The notes under the pieces are model-generated. The model searched no databases. It saw only the letters and a list, made by a program, of their open reading frames with translations, and had not been told where the DNA came from. Positions 1 through 62,274 of a stretch of 64,000 nt of DNA are shown piece after piece (within the stretch, counting starts at the first letter, position 1; the number at the start of each line of letters is the position of its first letter). The position numbers were made by a program, and so were the translations under genes. The DNA comes from Chrysomallon squamiferum. Its lineage: Eukaryota; Animalia; Mollusca. The stretch lies in NCBI GenBank assembly GCA_012295275.1, contig CM022665.1, positions 43,338,001 through 43,402,000 of the forward strand. The letters are read 5' to 3'.

Positions 1-102
1 CTGAAAAACCAAACTGAATTATCAAATTAACTGTCCTATCAGTGACAAACGTTAAAGCTATTTATTCTCTTATTGATTTTTTTTTTTTTAAATCTGTATC
101 AG

Positions 103-232
103 CTGAACATGACTCTGCCTATGAATGCTCTAGCTCAAGTGACTGGTAAAATTGAGGTTTTTGTTCAGCCTAGAGATCCTTGTACAAAAATCTGCAGCAG
201 TCTGGGTACAGTGCTTCGAGCAGGCGAGATTT
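103..232 (+). CDS. Penultimate coding exon (copy 1) of C6orf89/BRAP-like protein
   Basis: cag|...|gtaagt; LNMTLPMNALAQVTGKIEVFVQPRDPCTKICSSLGTVLRAGEI, phase 0 to 1, joins the next exon in frame. Confidence 0.75.
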
Positions 233-658
233 GTAAGTCACTTTGAGTTTTTCAGTATATTAAATATAAATGAAAATTTCTTGAAGTAAAATGTACTAAA
301 AATTCAAATATACTTTAATAAATTCCTGAACACGTATGTGTTATGTGTGTAAGAAAACAAAGAAAATCGTTGCATTATTCAGATATTATACAAGATGTAT
401 AATACAGTTCTGTAACTGATATCTATTTATATATCCAAATATAAATGATTACTGCTTGATTAAAATGATTAAAAATAATATAAAAAATAGAATATTTACA
501 AAAAATAAATATGATTTTTTTTTATAAGCTAATAAATGAAATGAGTGATAATTACTCAATTCAAATTTATGGAGATTTAAAAAAAAAAAAAAAAAAAAAA
601 AAATTCCAATATTAAAACACTAATAAATTTAATAATAATAAAAAATTCTTGTTTTCAG

Positions 659-750
659 TGGTTACAACAGACTTCTTGTGGTCTTTGAATTACTTGCCCA
701 TTGGTGCAAACTACAGTGTTACCATAGGCATTGAAGGAGAGTTTGACTAG
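659..750 (+). CDS. Last coding exon (copy 1) of C6orf89/BRAP-like protein
   Basis: ttgttttcag acceptor; LVTTDFLWSLNYLPIGANYSVTIGIEGEFD* resembles the ...SITIGSEYD C-terminus of invertebrate C6orf89-like proteins (family call from memory). Confidence 0.7.
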
Positions 751-2497
751 CAGTAGAAGCTTCACCACTTAATAATCATCCAAACAAAACATCATTAGTG
801 ATAGCAGTTTCACATAAATCCTGTTTACACTATCAATCCTTTGGTGTCGATAATTGTTTATTCATTCCATCAAACTTTTTCAGTATAAATATTCGATATG
901 GGTAACTTGTATGCACCAGTTTGTGAATGAAAAAAATTAATATGCTAATGACAGTACGTGTACGAAAGGTTACGTTGTTAGCTCAAGTATATATATGTAT
1001 GTATCAGAAATCAAGACCAATCAGAAGACTGTTTGAAGTCACATGAATTATTTTTAACCAATCACTGGGAATCTTTCATTGTATGATTTAATAAATATAT
1101 TGAAATGAAGTTTAATGACAACACAAAATATTGATCAGTAGACGTTAAACTGTAAACAAAAGTTTGATAATATAAACAGAATCTTATCTAATAAATTATT
1201 GATAGGAATATTATGAAGTCTTTGTATAATGCATTTGTGTGTAAAGTCATTGTTTTGATTAGTTAAATTACTGATTGTTGTTAATATTTTTTATTTTCTT
1301 TAGTATTCACTTTGTCCAGATTTAGAAATCCATTTGTTAAGTTTTTGAATCTCATGTTTACATTATTTTTATTTAATTAAATATGTTGTATCTCATTTTG
1401 TCAGGGTTTATAAAAAGGTAAACATGAACATACTGTTTGTTGTTTTTTAAATAATTTATTAAATATGAAATTTATAAAATAAAATAATGCTGATGAAAAA
1501 AGCCAATATATATATATATTTTTTTGGCCCGATATTTAAACTAGGTCCATCAGAGTTTAATTGTTATTAAAAAAATTTACTTATGGTTATATTAACCTAA
1601 ACTAGCCCCCCTCCCATCAACAGTTTACAACAGTGTAAAAGTCCTTTGTTTCTAATCCTTGGAAAAAAATATAAATTTGGCCAAACATTCAATTTTCAAA
1701 AAGCTTGCATTTGGGAGTTATTTTAATCTGGAGTTACTTCCCCTCACAGTTTACAAAGTTGTGTTGAAAAATCTCATCATTTCCAGTCCTTGGGGAAAAA
1801 AAGACAAAGACACTTGAACCATGCATGGTTTATTAACAATATTTTAAACAAGATTCATTTGCGTCAGACAACATGTCAGAGTATGATGACTAAACAATGA
1901 AATAAATAACTAAATGTGTATATATGAATCCCCTGTGTATATATGTGTGTGTGTATACATACATATATATTTATATATATATAAACACATACACATTTAC
2001 ACGTATATATCTATATTAATCTACCATGCATAAATAATGATAATTATGTTAATAATGGTAATGCTGTTATAAAAACACAATATTTACTTATAATTATGAT
2101 CTTCCTTTTTTTTCCTTTTATCTTTTTTTACCCTTTAATATGCAACATTAAAATAAAATAAAACTCAAGTTTACCTACCATACTTTTATATCAAACTAAA
2201 ATACATTGAGCAAACTTTGCTGTAAAATGAATGCTTGAGTGAAATTTTATTTTGTTTTATTCTTCATGCCACATTAAAGGCCATGATTAAGAAATGCTTA
2301 TTTATGTTAGTAAATATTAGACTAATAACTAATTTATTATATTTATATATACATGGGTAACAGAATACTGTGTTATTCCAGCAATACATGATCTACAGTA
2401 CTTAATAATAATAAATAATAACAATAACAATAATTACATATATATATAGTAGTGGCATATCATGTCCACACCCATTTACTTAAACAATTACCAGCCA

Positions 2498-2552
<55 letters not shown>

Positions 2553-2619
2553 CCTACTAGGGACCATTCAAATGTTCCTTTCATTCCCTGTAATAATATA
2601 AATATAATTTTAGTTAATA

Positions 2620-2657
<38 letters not shown>

Positions 2658-5614
2658 CCATTTCTTTAAATATTTATGGTTACAGGATTTCATATCACTA
2701 GATAATAAATAACATGTGTAATACTCTTAAAATGATAAAAAGACAACAGTTATTACAGATATTGCACAAATAAGCCTTTTCAGTAAATAAAAAAAGGCAC
2801 TTGACATAGCACTGAAACTATTGCTGTAGTAAGTGCTGATCACACAAAAGATTGTCACAAAAAAAAAAAAAAAAAGTCTTTGATCCAAGCAGTTAATAAA
2901 TTAAGTCATGATTAGTTTTGTAAATTGCAAAATATTTCACACATCTAAAAAAAAAAAAAAAAAAAAAAAATACACTTGATCCAATTGTTTTTAAGACTAA
3001 GTGATTTTTGTAATGATCATGATTTGTAAAATACAAGTAAATAAATCTTTGATACATTATCCCACCCAAAATAAAAAAAAATAAAAATAATAATAAAAAA
3101 AATGAATTAAAAATGTTACATTGTCTTTTAAAAGCAAATCATAAATGGTCAAAGTCTTGAAAATAATAGTAAAATTATTTTTAAACTTAAATGTTTTACT
3201 TCATCTTCTTGCCAAATCCAAAAGAAATTATGAAAAATTACAAAAATATATAAAATATATAATATCCTTCATTTTTTCCTTCATATTTATTGGTCCAGAA
3301 TACATTTTCAAACTGAGCCCTTAAATAAATACATTCAGTGGAACCACATTTAAAAAAAAAAAAAAAAAAAAAACCCACTCAAAAAGTGTTTGTAATGTAA
3401 TAAAAAAAAAAAAAAAAAGGAAATTTAATCAAACTATGATCACAGAGTGTGATGAAGACTGGTTCTGAATGAAAAAAATAAATATTCCACCTTCCTCTAA
3501 CACAATAAATCAAATCAAATATTGAGTGTGGGACTGGTTCAACAGTCGCAATAAAAAACAACAAAAAAAAAACAACACAAATTAATAATAATAATAATTA
3601 TAATAGTATCTACAAATGAGGTATAACTGACTGAATATTACAATAACCAGTATGAAGGAAAAAAAAAAAATCACAACTTATGCAGAGATTTACACTGATA
3701 TGATATCCACTTTTCTGTTTCCACCTGATACATCGCAGCTTATGTGTGTGATGATCCATTAACATAACTAACAACGCTTGAATTCAATGTTAGGAGTAAC
3801 GAGTGAGCAACAGAAAATACTTTTTGATTAGGTAAATAAATTACATCTCCTTACATTTTATATCTTAAATTGAGTAAATAAATAAATATATATATATATT
3901 TTTTTTTGCAATTATAACAACTAAATAAAATAAAATAATAAATAAAATGGTTTTGCTGTGGACTGAACATTTTTAAATGTAATGCCTAACGAATAAATCA
4001 AATAAATGATAATAAATTTATAAAAAAATATGTAAGATAAATATCATTAAAAATATTTTCCTAAGTTTTTCAGGTAACATTAAAAAAAAAAAACCTTACC
4101 ATTTACTTATTATAGATGTGGGTTTTAATTTGTGCACACATGCACATCAGTTTTCAAATAATAATTCTATCTTCTTTCTAGTCATTCTCTGAACAGAACG
4201 TACAATAACCAATATACTGTAATATGTATTAACAATAAATAAATGTATTTTTGTGATTATCCGATCATGTCCAACATGAAATCACAGCAATCTGTTGTGT
4301 ATTTAAATGCACATACACGGATTCTGGCTGCCTGGACAAAACAGTATCATCTTAATACAATACACAGCCAAGATTTTCTTAGAAACCTTTTTTTTTAGGT
4401 TGTTGTTTTTTTTTTTTTTTTTCAAATCAAAAATATATTATTAACATTATTTCTAAATACATGATTATAAATGAAATGTGAACTTAACAGACATTAAGAA
4501 ACAGGTTTTTAATTCTGGTCTGCAATAAACAGAAGGCTCAGATGTTTTGACGATTCGCATATTTTTCATAGGTCAAAGGTAACTGCATCTTCTACGAATA
4601 TAGCTGGGATTACAAAATCTATGAAAGCTTTAAAAGAAAGAAGAAAAAAATGTAATAGATGCTTTTACAATCTCTAAGTAGTTCTATCTTATTAAACTAA
4701 AATGTAATTTTGTCTTTGAGTACTTTTATTGTCAAATGTCAAGTGATGAAACAATGATTTAGTCTTTTGTCCAGTTTGATAATGTAGTCAGTCAAAATAA
4801 AATAAAAAACTGTTTTCAGCTTACTAATCACTTACACTACTTCAGCAGGATAACAAGTGTAAAATTACAACTATTTAGACTAGTATTACAATGGCACAAT
4901 CCATCTTCTTCAAGAGATTTTTCAGTGTTATTTCACCACCTTGCAATTATTTTCTCAGTTATACCACTGTAGAGCAGATCTGACTCTTGTGTTTTTAAGA
5001 TATTTACAAAATACATTCCTTTCTTTTTAAACCTGAATTAATTTTGGTTAGAGAGTATCTGCCATTTGTCCCATATGAAACAAAAACTAAAAAAAAAAAG
5101 GAGAAGAAATAAAAAGTTTACAAGTTAATTTTTCCCAGCCATATTTTACATTTCATATATATATATATATATACTGTTACATTTTTCTAAGTATATTATT
5201 TTGAATGCTTATAAGAAAAACTTATCAGAATACATTATTTTGTATACTGGTATCAAAAAACCTGTCTTTTATTTTGGTTAATTTTTACAAATTTATAAAT
5301 GCTAGTAAGAAAACATTGACCAGTACTTACTATGTTTTTGAAGAATTTAATAACTTGTATATAGGTTATTGATGAAATAAGTTTTAAATTTGGCATTTAT
5401 TTGCTTATTAAGTTACTTCATGTTCTGTACAGAAACTGCATGAACATCAGAATCTGAAAAATGTCATGTCTCATCTATTTGAAAAAACATTAAAAATCTA
5501 TTAGCACTTAATGACAAAAATATAAGTTCAGTACTGGATGCTTGAAATACCAACCAACAGCCAATTATGAAAATAAGTTTTTACAGAAAATACCTTTTTG
5601 GGTGACATTTTCAG

Positions 5615-5753
5615 GGAGAACTGCTTTGAAGATACAGTGAAGGCTTTTCGCACATTCTACAAACGACCCTACTTCTTTCCTCCAGCTGTGCAGCTGAGCT
5701 TGAGCAGCTGGCTCCTCATATCATCAAACTACACTGGAAGAATGACAAAAAGG
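5615..5753 (+). CDS. Internal coding exon (copy 2) of C6orf89/BRAP-like protein
   Basis: ttttcag|G...AGG|gtaaac; (W)ENCFEDTVKAFRTFYKRPYFFPPAVQLSLSSWLLISSNYTGRMTKR, with WENC and Y-RPYF-P motifs; phase-0 end fits exon 6610. Confidence 0.7.
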
Positions 5754-6609
5754 GTAAACTGGTTTCAGATACTTCACAATACAATAACTAATTCATGTGG
5801 ATGCATGGAAATTCCACGTTTTTCTTCCTTTTCTTATAGACTAAGTATTTGGTAACTTTTTTATAATGTACTCAATTTTATAGGGTTTTTTTTTATCACA
5901 AAAAGAATACTCTGATTTTAAAAATATCAGAATAAAATAACAAGTTTGGCAGGATACATGGAGATTTATTTATTTATATTTTTTTTATAGACAAAGGTAT
6001 GGTAACTTTTTAAGAAAGTACTGATTTTTGTACATTTTTTATTATTTTTATAAAGATTTCAGCAAAATAATTTTTTGCAAGCAAACAAAAAGCACAATCA
6101 ATTTGTATAAATTATAATTTAATTTTTTAACATGGGAACATAATGACTGGAGTAGATTTATTTCTGAAAGTCATTATACATGAATGAATGAATGAAGATT
6201 TGATCCTTCATACCTCAAACCAGTTCTCTAACAATTCTACTTCTGCATTTGTTTGATCACTGGATTTGCTTTTTGACAAGGCTGAACATTAAGATTTCTA
6301 GATTTATAAATCTTTTTAGATACATAATATCATATTTTTTTATTTTCTTGTGGATAGTTCAAGCGAGGTTACACATACATTGTTTTATTTTCAAAAAGAA
6401 ATCCAAGGCAAAGACTTCTTTCTGCAATGATGTATTTAAATAAAAACATGGAAACTTTTCAGTAATCTATTTACTAGTACAGAAATGTCATTTGCACTGT
6501 TACAACTGAAAAACCAAACTGAATTATCAAATTAACTGTCCTATCAGTGACAAACGTTAAAGCTATTTATTCTCTTATTGATTTTTTTTTTTTTTGAAAT
6601 CTCTTTCAG

Positions 6610-6739
6610 CTGAACATGACTCTGCCTATGAATGCTCTAGCTCAAGTGACTGGTAAAATTGAGGTTTTCGTTCAGCCTAGGGATCCTTGTACAAAAATCT
6701 GCAGCAGTCTGGGTACAGTGCTTCGAGCAGGCGAGATTT
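6610..6739 (+). CDS. Penultimate coding exon (copy 2) of C6orf89/BRAP-like protein
   Basis: Same peptide as 103..232 with two synonymous changes; intact splice sites. Confidence 0.72.
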
Positions 6740-7172
6740 GTAAGTCACAATGAGTTTCAGTATTTTACATACAAATGAAAATTTCTTGAAGTAAAACCTA
6801 CTAAAAATTCAGTTAAGAGTTCAATGAGTCAAATATACTTTAATAAATTCCTGAACACGTATGTGTTATGTGTAAGAAAACAAAGAAAATCATTGCATTA
6901 TTCAGATATTATACAAGATGTATAATATAGTTCTGTAACTGATATCTATTTATATATCCAAATATAAATGATTACTGCTTGATTAAAATGATTAAAAAAT
7001 AATATAAAAAATATAATATTTACAAAAAATAAATATGATTTTTTATAAACTAATAAATGAAATGAGTGATAATTACTCAATTCAAATTTATGGAGATTTA
7101 AAAAAACAACAAAAAAATTATAATACTAAAATACTAATGAATTTAAATATATAAAAAAATTCTTGTTTTCAG

Positions 7173-7264
7173 TGGTTACAACAGACTTCTTGTGGTCTTT
7201 GAATTACTTGCCCATTGGTGCTAACTACAGTGTTACCATAGGCATTGAAGGAGAGTTTGACTAG
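7173..7264 (+). CDS. Last coding exon (copy 2) of C6orf89/BRAP-like protein
   Basis: Same peptide as 659..750 with one synonymous change; TAG at 7262-7264. Confidence 0.7.
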
Positions 7265-8959
7265 CAGTAGAAGCTTCACCACTTAATAATCATCCAAACA
7301 AAACATCATTAGTGAGAGCAGTTTCACATAAATCCTGTTTACACTATCAATCCTTTGGTGTCGATAATTGTTTATTCATTCCATCAAACTTTTTCAATAT
7401 AAATATTCGATATGGGTAACTTGTATGCACCAGTTTGTGAATGAAAAAAATTAATATGCTAATGACAGTACGTGTACGAAAGGTTACGTTGTTAGCTCAA
7501 GTATATATATGTATGTATCAGAAATCAAGACCAATCAGAAGACTGTTTGAAGTCACATGAATTATTTTTAACCAATCACTGGGAATCTTTCATTGTATGA
7601 TTTAATAAATATATTGAAATGAAGTTTAATGACAACACAAAATATTGATCAGTAGACGTTAAACTGTAAACAAAAGTTTGATAATATAAACAGAATCTTA
7701 TCTAATAAATTATTGATAGGAATATTATGAAGTCTTTGTATAATGAATTTGTGTGTAAAGTCATTGTTTTGATTAGTTAAATTACTGATTGTTGTTTATA
7801 TTTTTTATTTTCTTTAGTATTCACTTTGTCCAGATTTAGAAATCCATTTGTTAAGTTTTTGAATCTCATGTTTACATTATTTTTATTTAATTAAATATGT
7901 TGTATCTCATTTTGTCAGGGTTTATAAAAAGGTAAACATGAACATACTGTTTGTTGTTTTTTAAATAATTTGTTAAATATGAAATTTAAAAAATAAAATA
8001 ATGCCGATCTAAAAAGCCAATATATATATATACATATATTTTTTTTATCCAGATATTTAAACCAGGTCCATCAGTTTGTTTTATTTAAAAAATATACTTA
8101 TGGTTATATTAACCTAAACTAGTCCCCCCCCCACAACACAGTTTACAATACTGTAAAAGTCCTTTATTTCTAATCCTTGGGGAAAAAATATAAATTTGGC
8201 CAAATATTCAATTTTCAAAAAGCTTGCATTTGGGAGTTATTTTAATCTGGAGTTACTTCCTCTCACAGCTTACAAAGTTGTGTTGAAAAAGCTCACCATT
8301 TCCAGTCCTTGGAAAAAAAGACAAAGACACTTGAACCATGCATGGTTTATTAACAATATTTTAAACAAGATTCATTTGCGTCAGACAACATGTCAGAGTA
8401 TGATGACTAAACAATGAAATAAATAACTAAATGTGTATATATGAATCCCCTGTGTATGTATGTGTGTGTATACATACATATATATTTATATATATATATA
8501 TACACATACACATTTACACGTATATATCTATATTAATCTACCATGCATAAATAATGATAATTATGTTAATAATGGTAATGCTGTTATAAAAACACAATAT
8601 TTACTTATAATTATGAGCTTCCTTTTTTTCCCTTTTATCTTTTTTTACCCTTTAATATGCAACATTAAAATAAAATAAAACTCAAGTTTACCTACCATAC
8701 TTTTATATCAAACTAAAATACATTGAGCAAACTTTGCTGTAAAATGAATGCTTGAGTGAAATTTTATTTTGTTTTATTCTTCGTGCCACATTAAAGGCCA
8801 TGATTATGAAATGCTTGTTTATGTTAGTAAATATCAGACTAATAACTAATTTATTATATTTATATATACACGGGTAACAGAATACTGTGTTATTCCAGCA
8901 ATACATGATCTATAGTACTTAATAATAATAAATAATAACAATAACAATAATAATAATTA

Positions 8960-8998
<39 letters not shown>

Positions 8999-9044
8999 GT
9001 GGCATATCATGTCCACACCCATCTACTTAAACAATTGCCAGCCA

Positions 9045-9087
<43 letters not shown>

Positions 9088-12000
9088 CCTACTAGGGACC
9101 ATTCAAATGTTCCTTTCATTCCCTGTAATAATATAAATATAATTTTAGTTAATATATATATATATATATATTTTTTTTTTTCATTTCTTTAAATATTTAT
9201 GGTTACAGGATTTCATATCACTAGATAATAAATAACATGTGTAATACTCTTAAAATGATAAAAAGACAACAGTTATTACAGATATTGCACAAATAAGCCT
9301 TTTCAGTAAAAAAAAAAAGGCACTTGACATAGCACTGAAACTATTGCTGTAGTAAGTGCTGATCACACAAAGATTGTCACAAAAAAAAAAAAAAAAAATG
9401 TCTTTGATCCAAGCAGTTAATAAATTAAGTCATGATTAGTTTTGTAAATTGCAAAATGTTTCACACATCTAAAAAAAAAAAAAAAAAAAAAAAAAATACA
9501 CTTGATCCAATTGTTTTTAAGACTAAGTGATTTTTGTAATGATCATGATTTGTAAAATACAAGTAAATAAATCTTTGATACATTATCCCACCCAAAATAA
9601 AAAAAAATAAAAAAAATAATAAAATAAATGATTTAAAAATGTTACATTGTCTTTTAATAGTAAATCATAAATGGTCAAATTCTTGAAAATAATAGCAAAA
9701 TTATTTTTAAACTTAAATATTTTACTTCATCTTCTTGCCAAATCCAAAAGAAATTATGAAAAATTACAAAAATATATAAAATATATAATATCCTTCATTT
9801 TTTCCTTCATGTTTATTGGTCCAGACTACATTTTCAAACTGAGCCCTTAAATAAATACATTCAGTGGAACCACATTTTAAAAACAGAAGAAAAAAAAAAA
9901 AATCACTCAAAAAGTGTTTGTAATGTAATTAAAAAAAAAGAAAAAAGAAAAGGAAATTTAATCAAACTATGATCACAGAGTTTGTGATGAAGACTGGTTC
10001 TGAATGAAAAAAAAAAAAAATTCCACCTTCCTCTAACACAATAAATCAGATCAACTATCGAGTGTGGGACTGGTTCAACAGTCGCAATAAAAAAAAAAAA
10101 AAAAAAAAACAACACAAATTAATAATAATAATAATTATAATAGTATCTACAAATGAGGTATAACTGACTGAATATTACAATAACCAGTATGAAGAAAAAA
10201 AAAAAATCACAACTTATGCAGAGATTTACACTGATATGATATCCACTTTTCTGTTTCCACCTGATACATCGCAGCTTATGTGTGTGATGATCCATTAACA
10301 TAATTAACAACGCTTGAATTCAATGTTATGAGTAACAAGTGAGCAACAGAAAATACTTTTTTGATTAGGTAAATAAATTACATCTCCTTACATTTTATAT
10401 CTTAAATTGAGTAAATAAATAAATATATATATATATATATATTTTTTTTTGCAATTATAACAACTAAATAAAATAAAATAATAAATAAAATGGTTTTGCT
10501 GTGGACTGAACATTTTTAAATGTAATGCCTAACGAATAAATCAAATAAATGATAATAAATTTATAAAAAAATATGTAAGATAAATATCATTAAAAATATT
10601 TTCCTAAGTTTTTCAGGTAACATTAAAAAAAAAACACCTTACCATTTATTTATTATAGATGTGGGTTTTAATTTGTGCACACATGCACATCAGTTTTCAA
10701 ATAATAATTCTATCTTCTTTCTAGCCATTCTCTGAACTGAATGTACAATAACCAATATACTGTAATATGTATTAACAATAAATAAATGTATTTTTGTGAT
10801 TATCCGATCATGTCCAACATGAAATCACAGCAATCTGTTGTGTATTTAAATGCACATACACGGATTCTGGCTGCCTGGACAAAACAGTATCATCTTAATA
10901 CAATACACAGCCAAGATTTTCTAAGAATTTTTTTAGGTTGTTGTTATCTTTTCTTTTTTTTCAAATCAAAAATATATTATTAACATTTTTTCTAAATACA
11001 TGATTATAAATGAAATGTGAACTTAACAGACATTAAGAAACAGGTTTTTAATTCTGGTCTGCAATAAACAGAAGGCTCAGATGTTTTGACGATTCGCATA
11101 TTTTTCATAGGTCAAAGGTAATTGCATCTTCTACGAATATAGCTGGGATTACAAAATCTATGAAAGCTTTAAAAGAAAAAAGAAAAAATGTAATAGATGC
11201 TTTTACAATCTCTAAGTAGTTCTATCTTATTAAACTAAAATGTAATTTTGTCTCGAGTACTTTTATCGTCAAATGTCAAATGATGAAACAGTGATTTAGT
11301 CTTTTGTCCAGTTTGATGATGTGGTCAGTCAAAATAAAATAAAAAAATGTTTTCAGGTTTCAGCTTACTAATCACTTACACTACTTCAGCAGGATAACAA
11401 GTGTAAAATTACAACTATTTAGACTAGTATTACAATGGCACAATCCATCTTCTTTAAGAGATTTTTCAGTGTTATTTCACCACCTTGCAATTACTTTCTC
11501 AGTTATACCACTGTAGAGCAGATCTGGCTCTGTGTTTTTAAGATATTTAGAAAATACATTCCTTTCTTTTTAAACCTGAATTAATTTTGGTTAGTGAGTA
11601 TCTGCCATTTGTCCCAGATGAAAAAAAAAAAAAAAAAAAAAAAGAAGAAGAGATAAAAAGTTTACAAGTTAATTTTTCCCAGCCATATTTTACATTTCAT
11701 ATATATATATATATACTGTTAAGTTTCCTGATTAGTTAATTTCCTGATAAAAAAACAAACATTAAATACAGAATCTCTGATCCTTGAATATTATAAATCA
11801 CAGTAAAATGTAGTTCATTTATAGCAAATTTTTTTATTTTCTTTTTATATAAACCTTTTAAGAAAATAAATAATAAAAAAAAACTGAAACCCCCCCAAAA
11901 AAACAACTAATAATAATAATTACATAAAAAAAAAAAAAAAAATAACAATAATAAATAAAATAAATTTAAAAAGAAAAATGTTTTTTGATGTCTTCTGGAT

Positions 12001-12237
12001 AATTATTATTATCTTTACTAATTTTTATTTAAAAAAAAAAAAAAAAAAAAAGAAGTAAAAAATATATAAAAAAAAAAATAAATAGCCTTAGTTTTGGAAG
12101 ACCTTAGATTTTCATAAATCATATACCAAACCACATGGTAACTAATCATCATCGTACACAGCTAAAACTGGAAATATTCTTCATGCAGCTAAAACAAAGT
12201 CCTCTTCATGCAGCTAAAAAACGTAATATTCTTTGAG

Positions 12238-12480
12238 CAGTTGGTGAAGATATCTGAACTGAATTCCTGGTGTTTCTTTCTTTCTTTCTTTCTTTCTGTT
12301 GAGCCAGAATCTTACATCACTGCAGACACACCACAGGAGGAAACTAGTTGAGTTCTTCACAGACAGACAGTGGTAATACTGGTGATCATGTGGAGATATT
12401 TGAACTGAACTGCCTGGTTGTTTTTTTTGTTGTTTTTTTGTGTTGAGCTAGGATCTTAGATCCCTGAAGAAACAAGGTGA

Positions 12481-12485
<5 letters not shown>
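12238..12485. repeat. Imperfect ~100-bp direct repeat pair in the RALGAPA 3' UTR
   Basis: gatatctgaactgaattcctgg...gttgagccagaatcttacatcactg versus gatatttgaactgaactgcctgg...gttgagctaggatcttagatccctg. Confidence 0.6.
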
Positions 12486-62140
<49,655 letters not shown>

Positions 62141-62240
62141 AGACAATGCTGAAGACATCTAGCTACTTGTCTATATACATCCGTTTTGCCATTATGGGGG
62201 CACTAAAGTTCACTGACAGATGAACGTTTCCCTATTCGCA

Positions 62241-62274
62241 CAAATGGCGGTTCCTGCTTCTGACGCGCATGCGC
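62241..62274 (-). promoter_or_regulatory. RALGAPA core promoter motifs: YY1-like CCGCCATTTG and NRF1 palindrome GCGCATGCGC
   Basis: caaatggcgg at 62241-62250 and gcgcatgcgc at 62265-62274, 100-135 bp upstream of the ATG in a small CpG-containing patch. Confidence 0.65.

Larger units (their letters stand above)
1..11720. repeat. Direct tandem segmental duplication, period ~6.5 kb (1..~5178 matches 6506..~11720)
   Basis: Sequence at 1 (ctgaaaaaccaaactgaatt) recurs at 6506 and stays near-identical until the (TA)n-ctgtta junction at ~5178 / ~11720. Confidence 0.97.
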
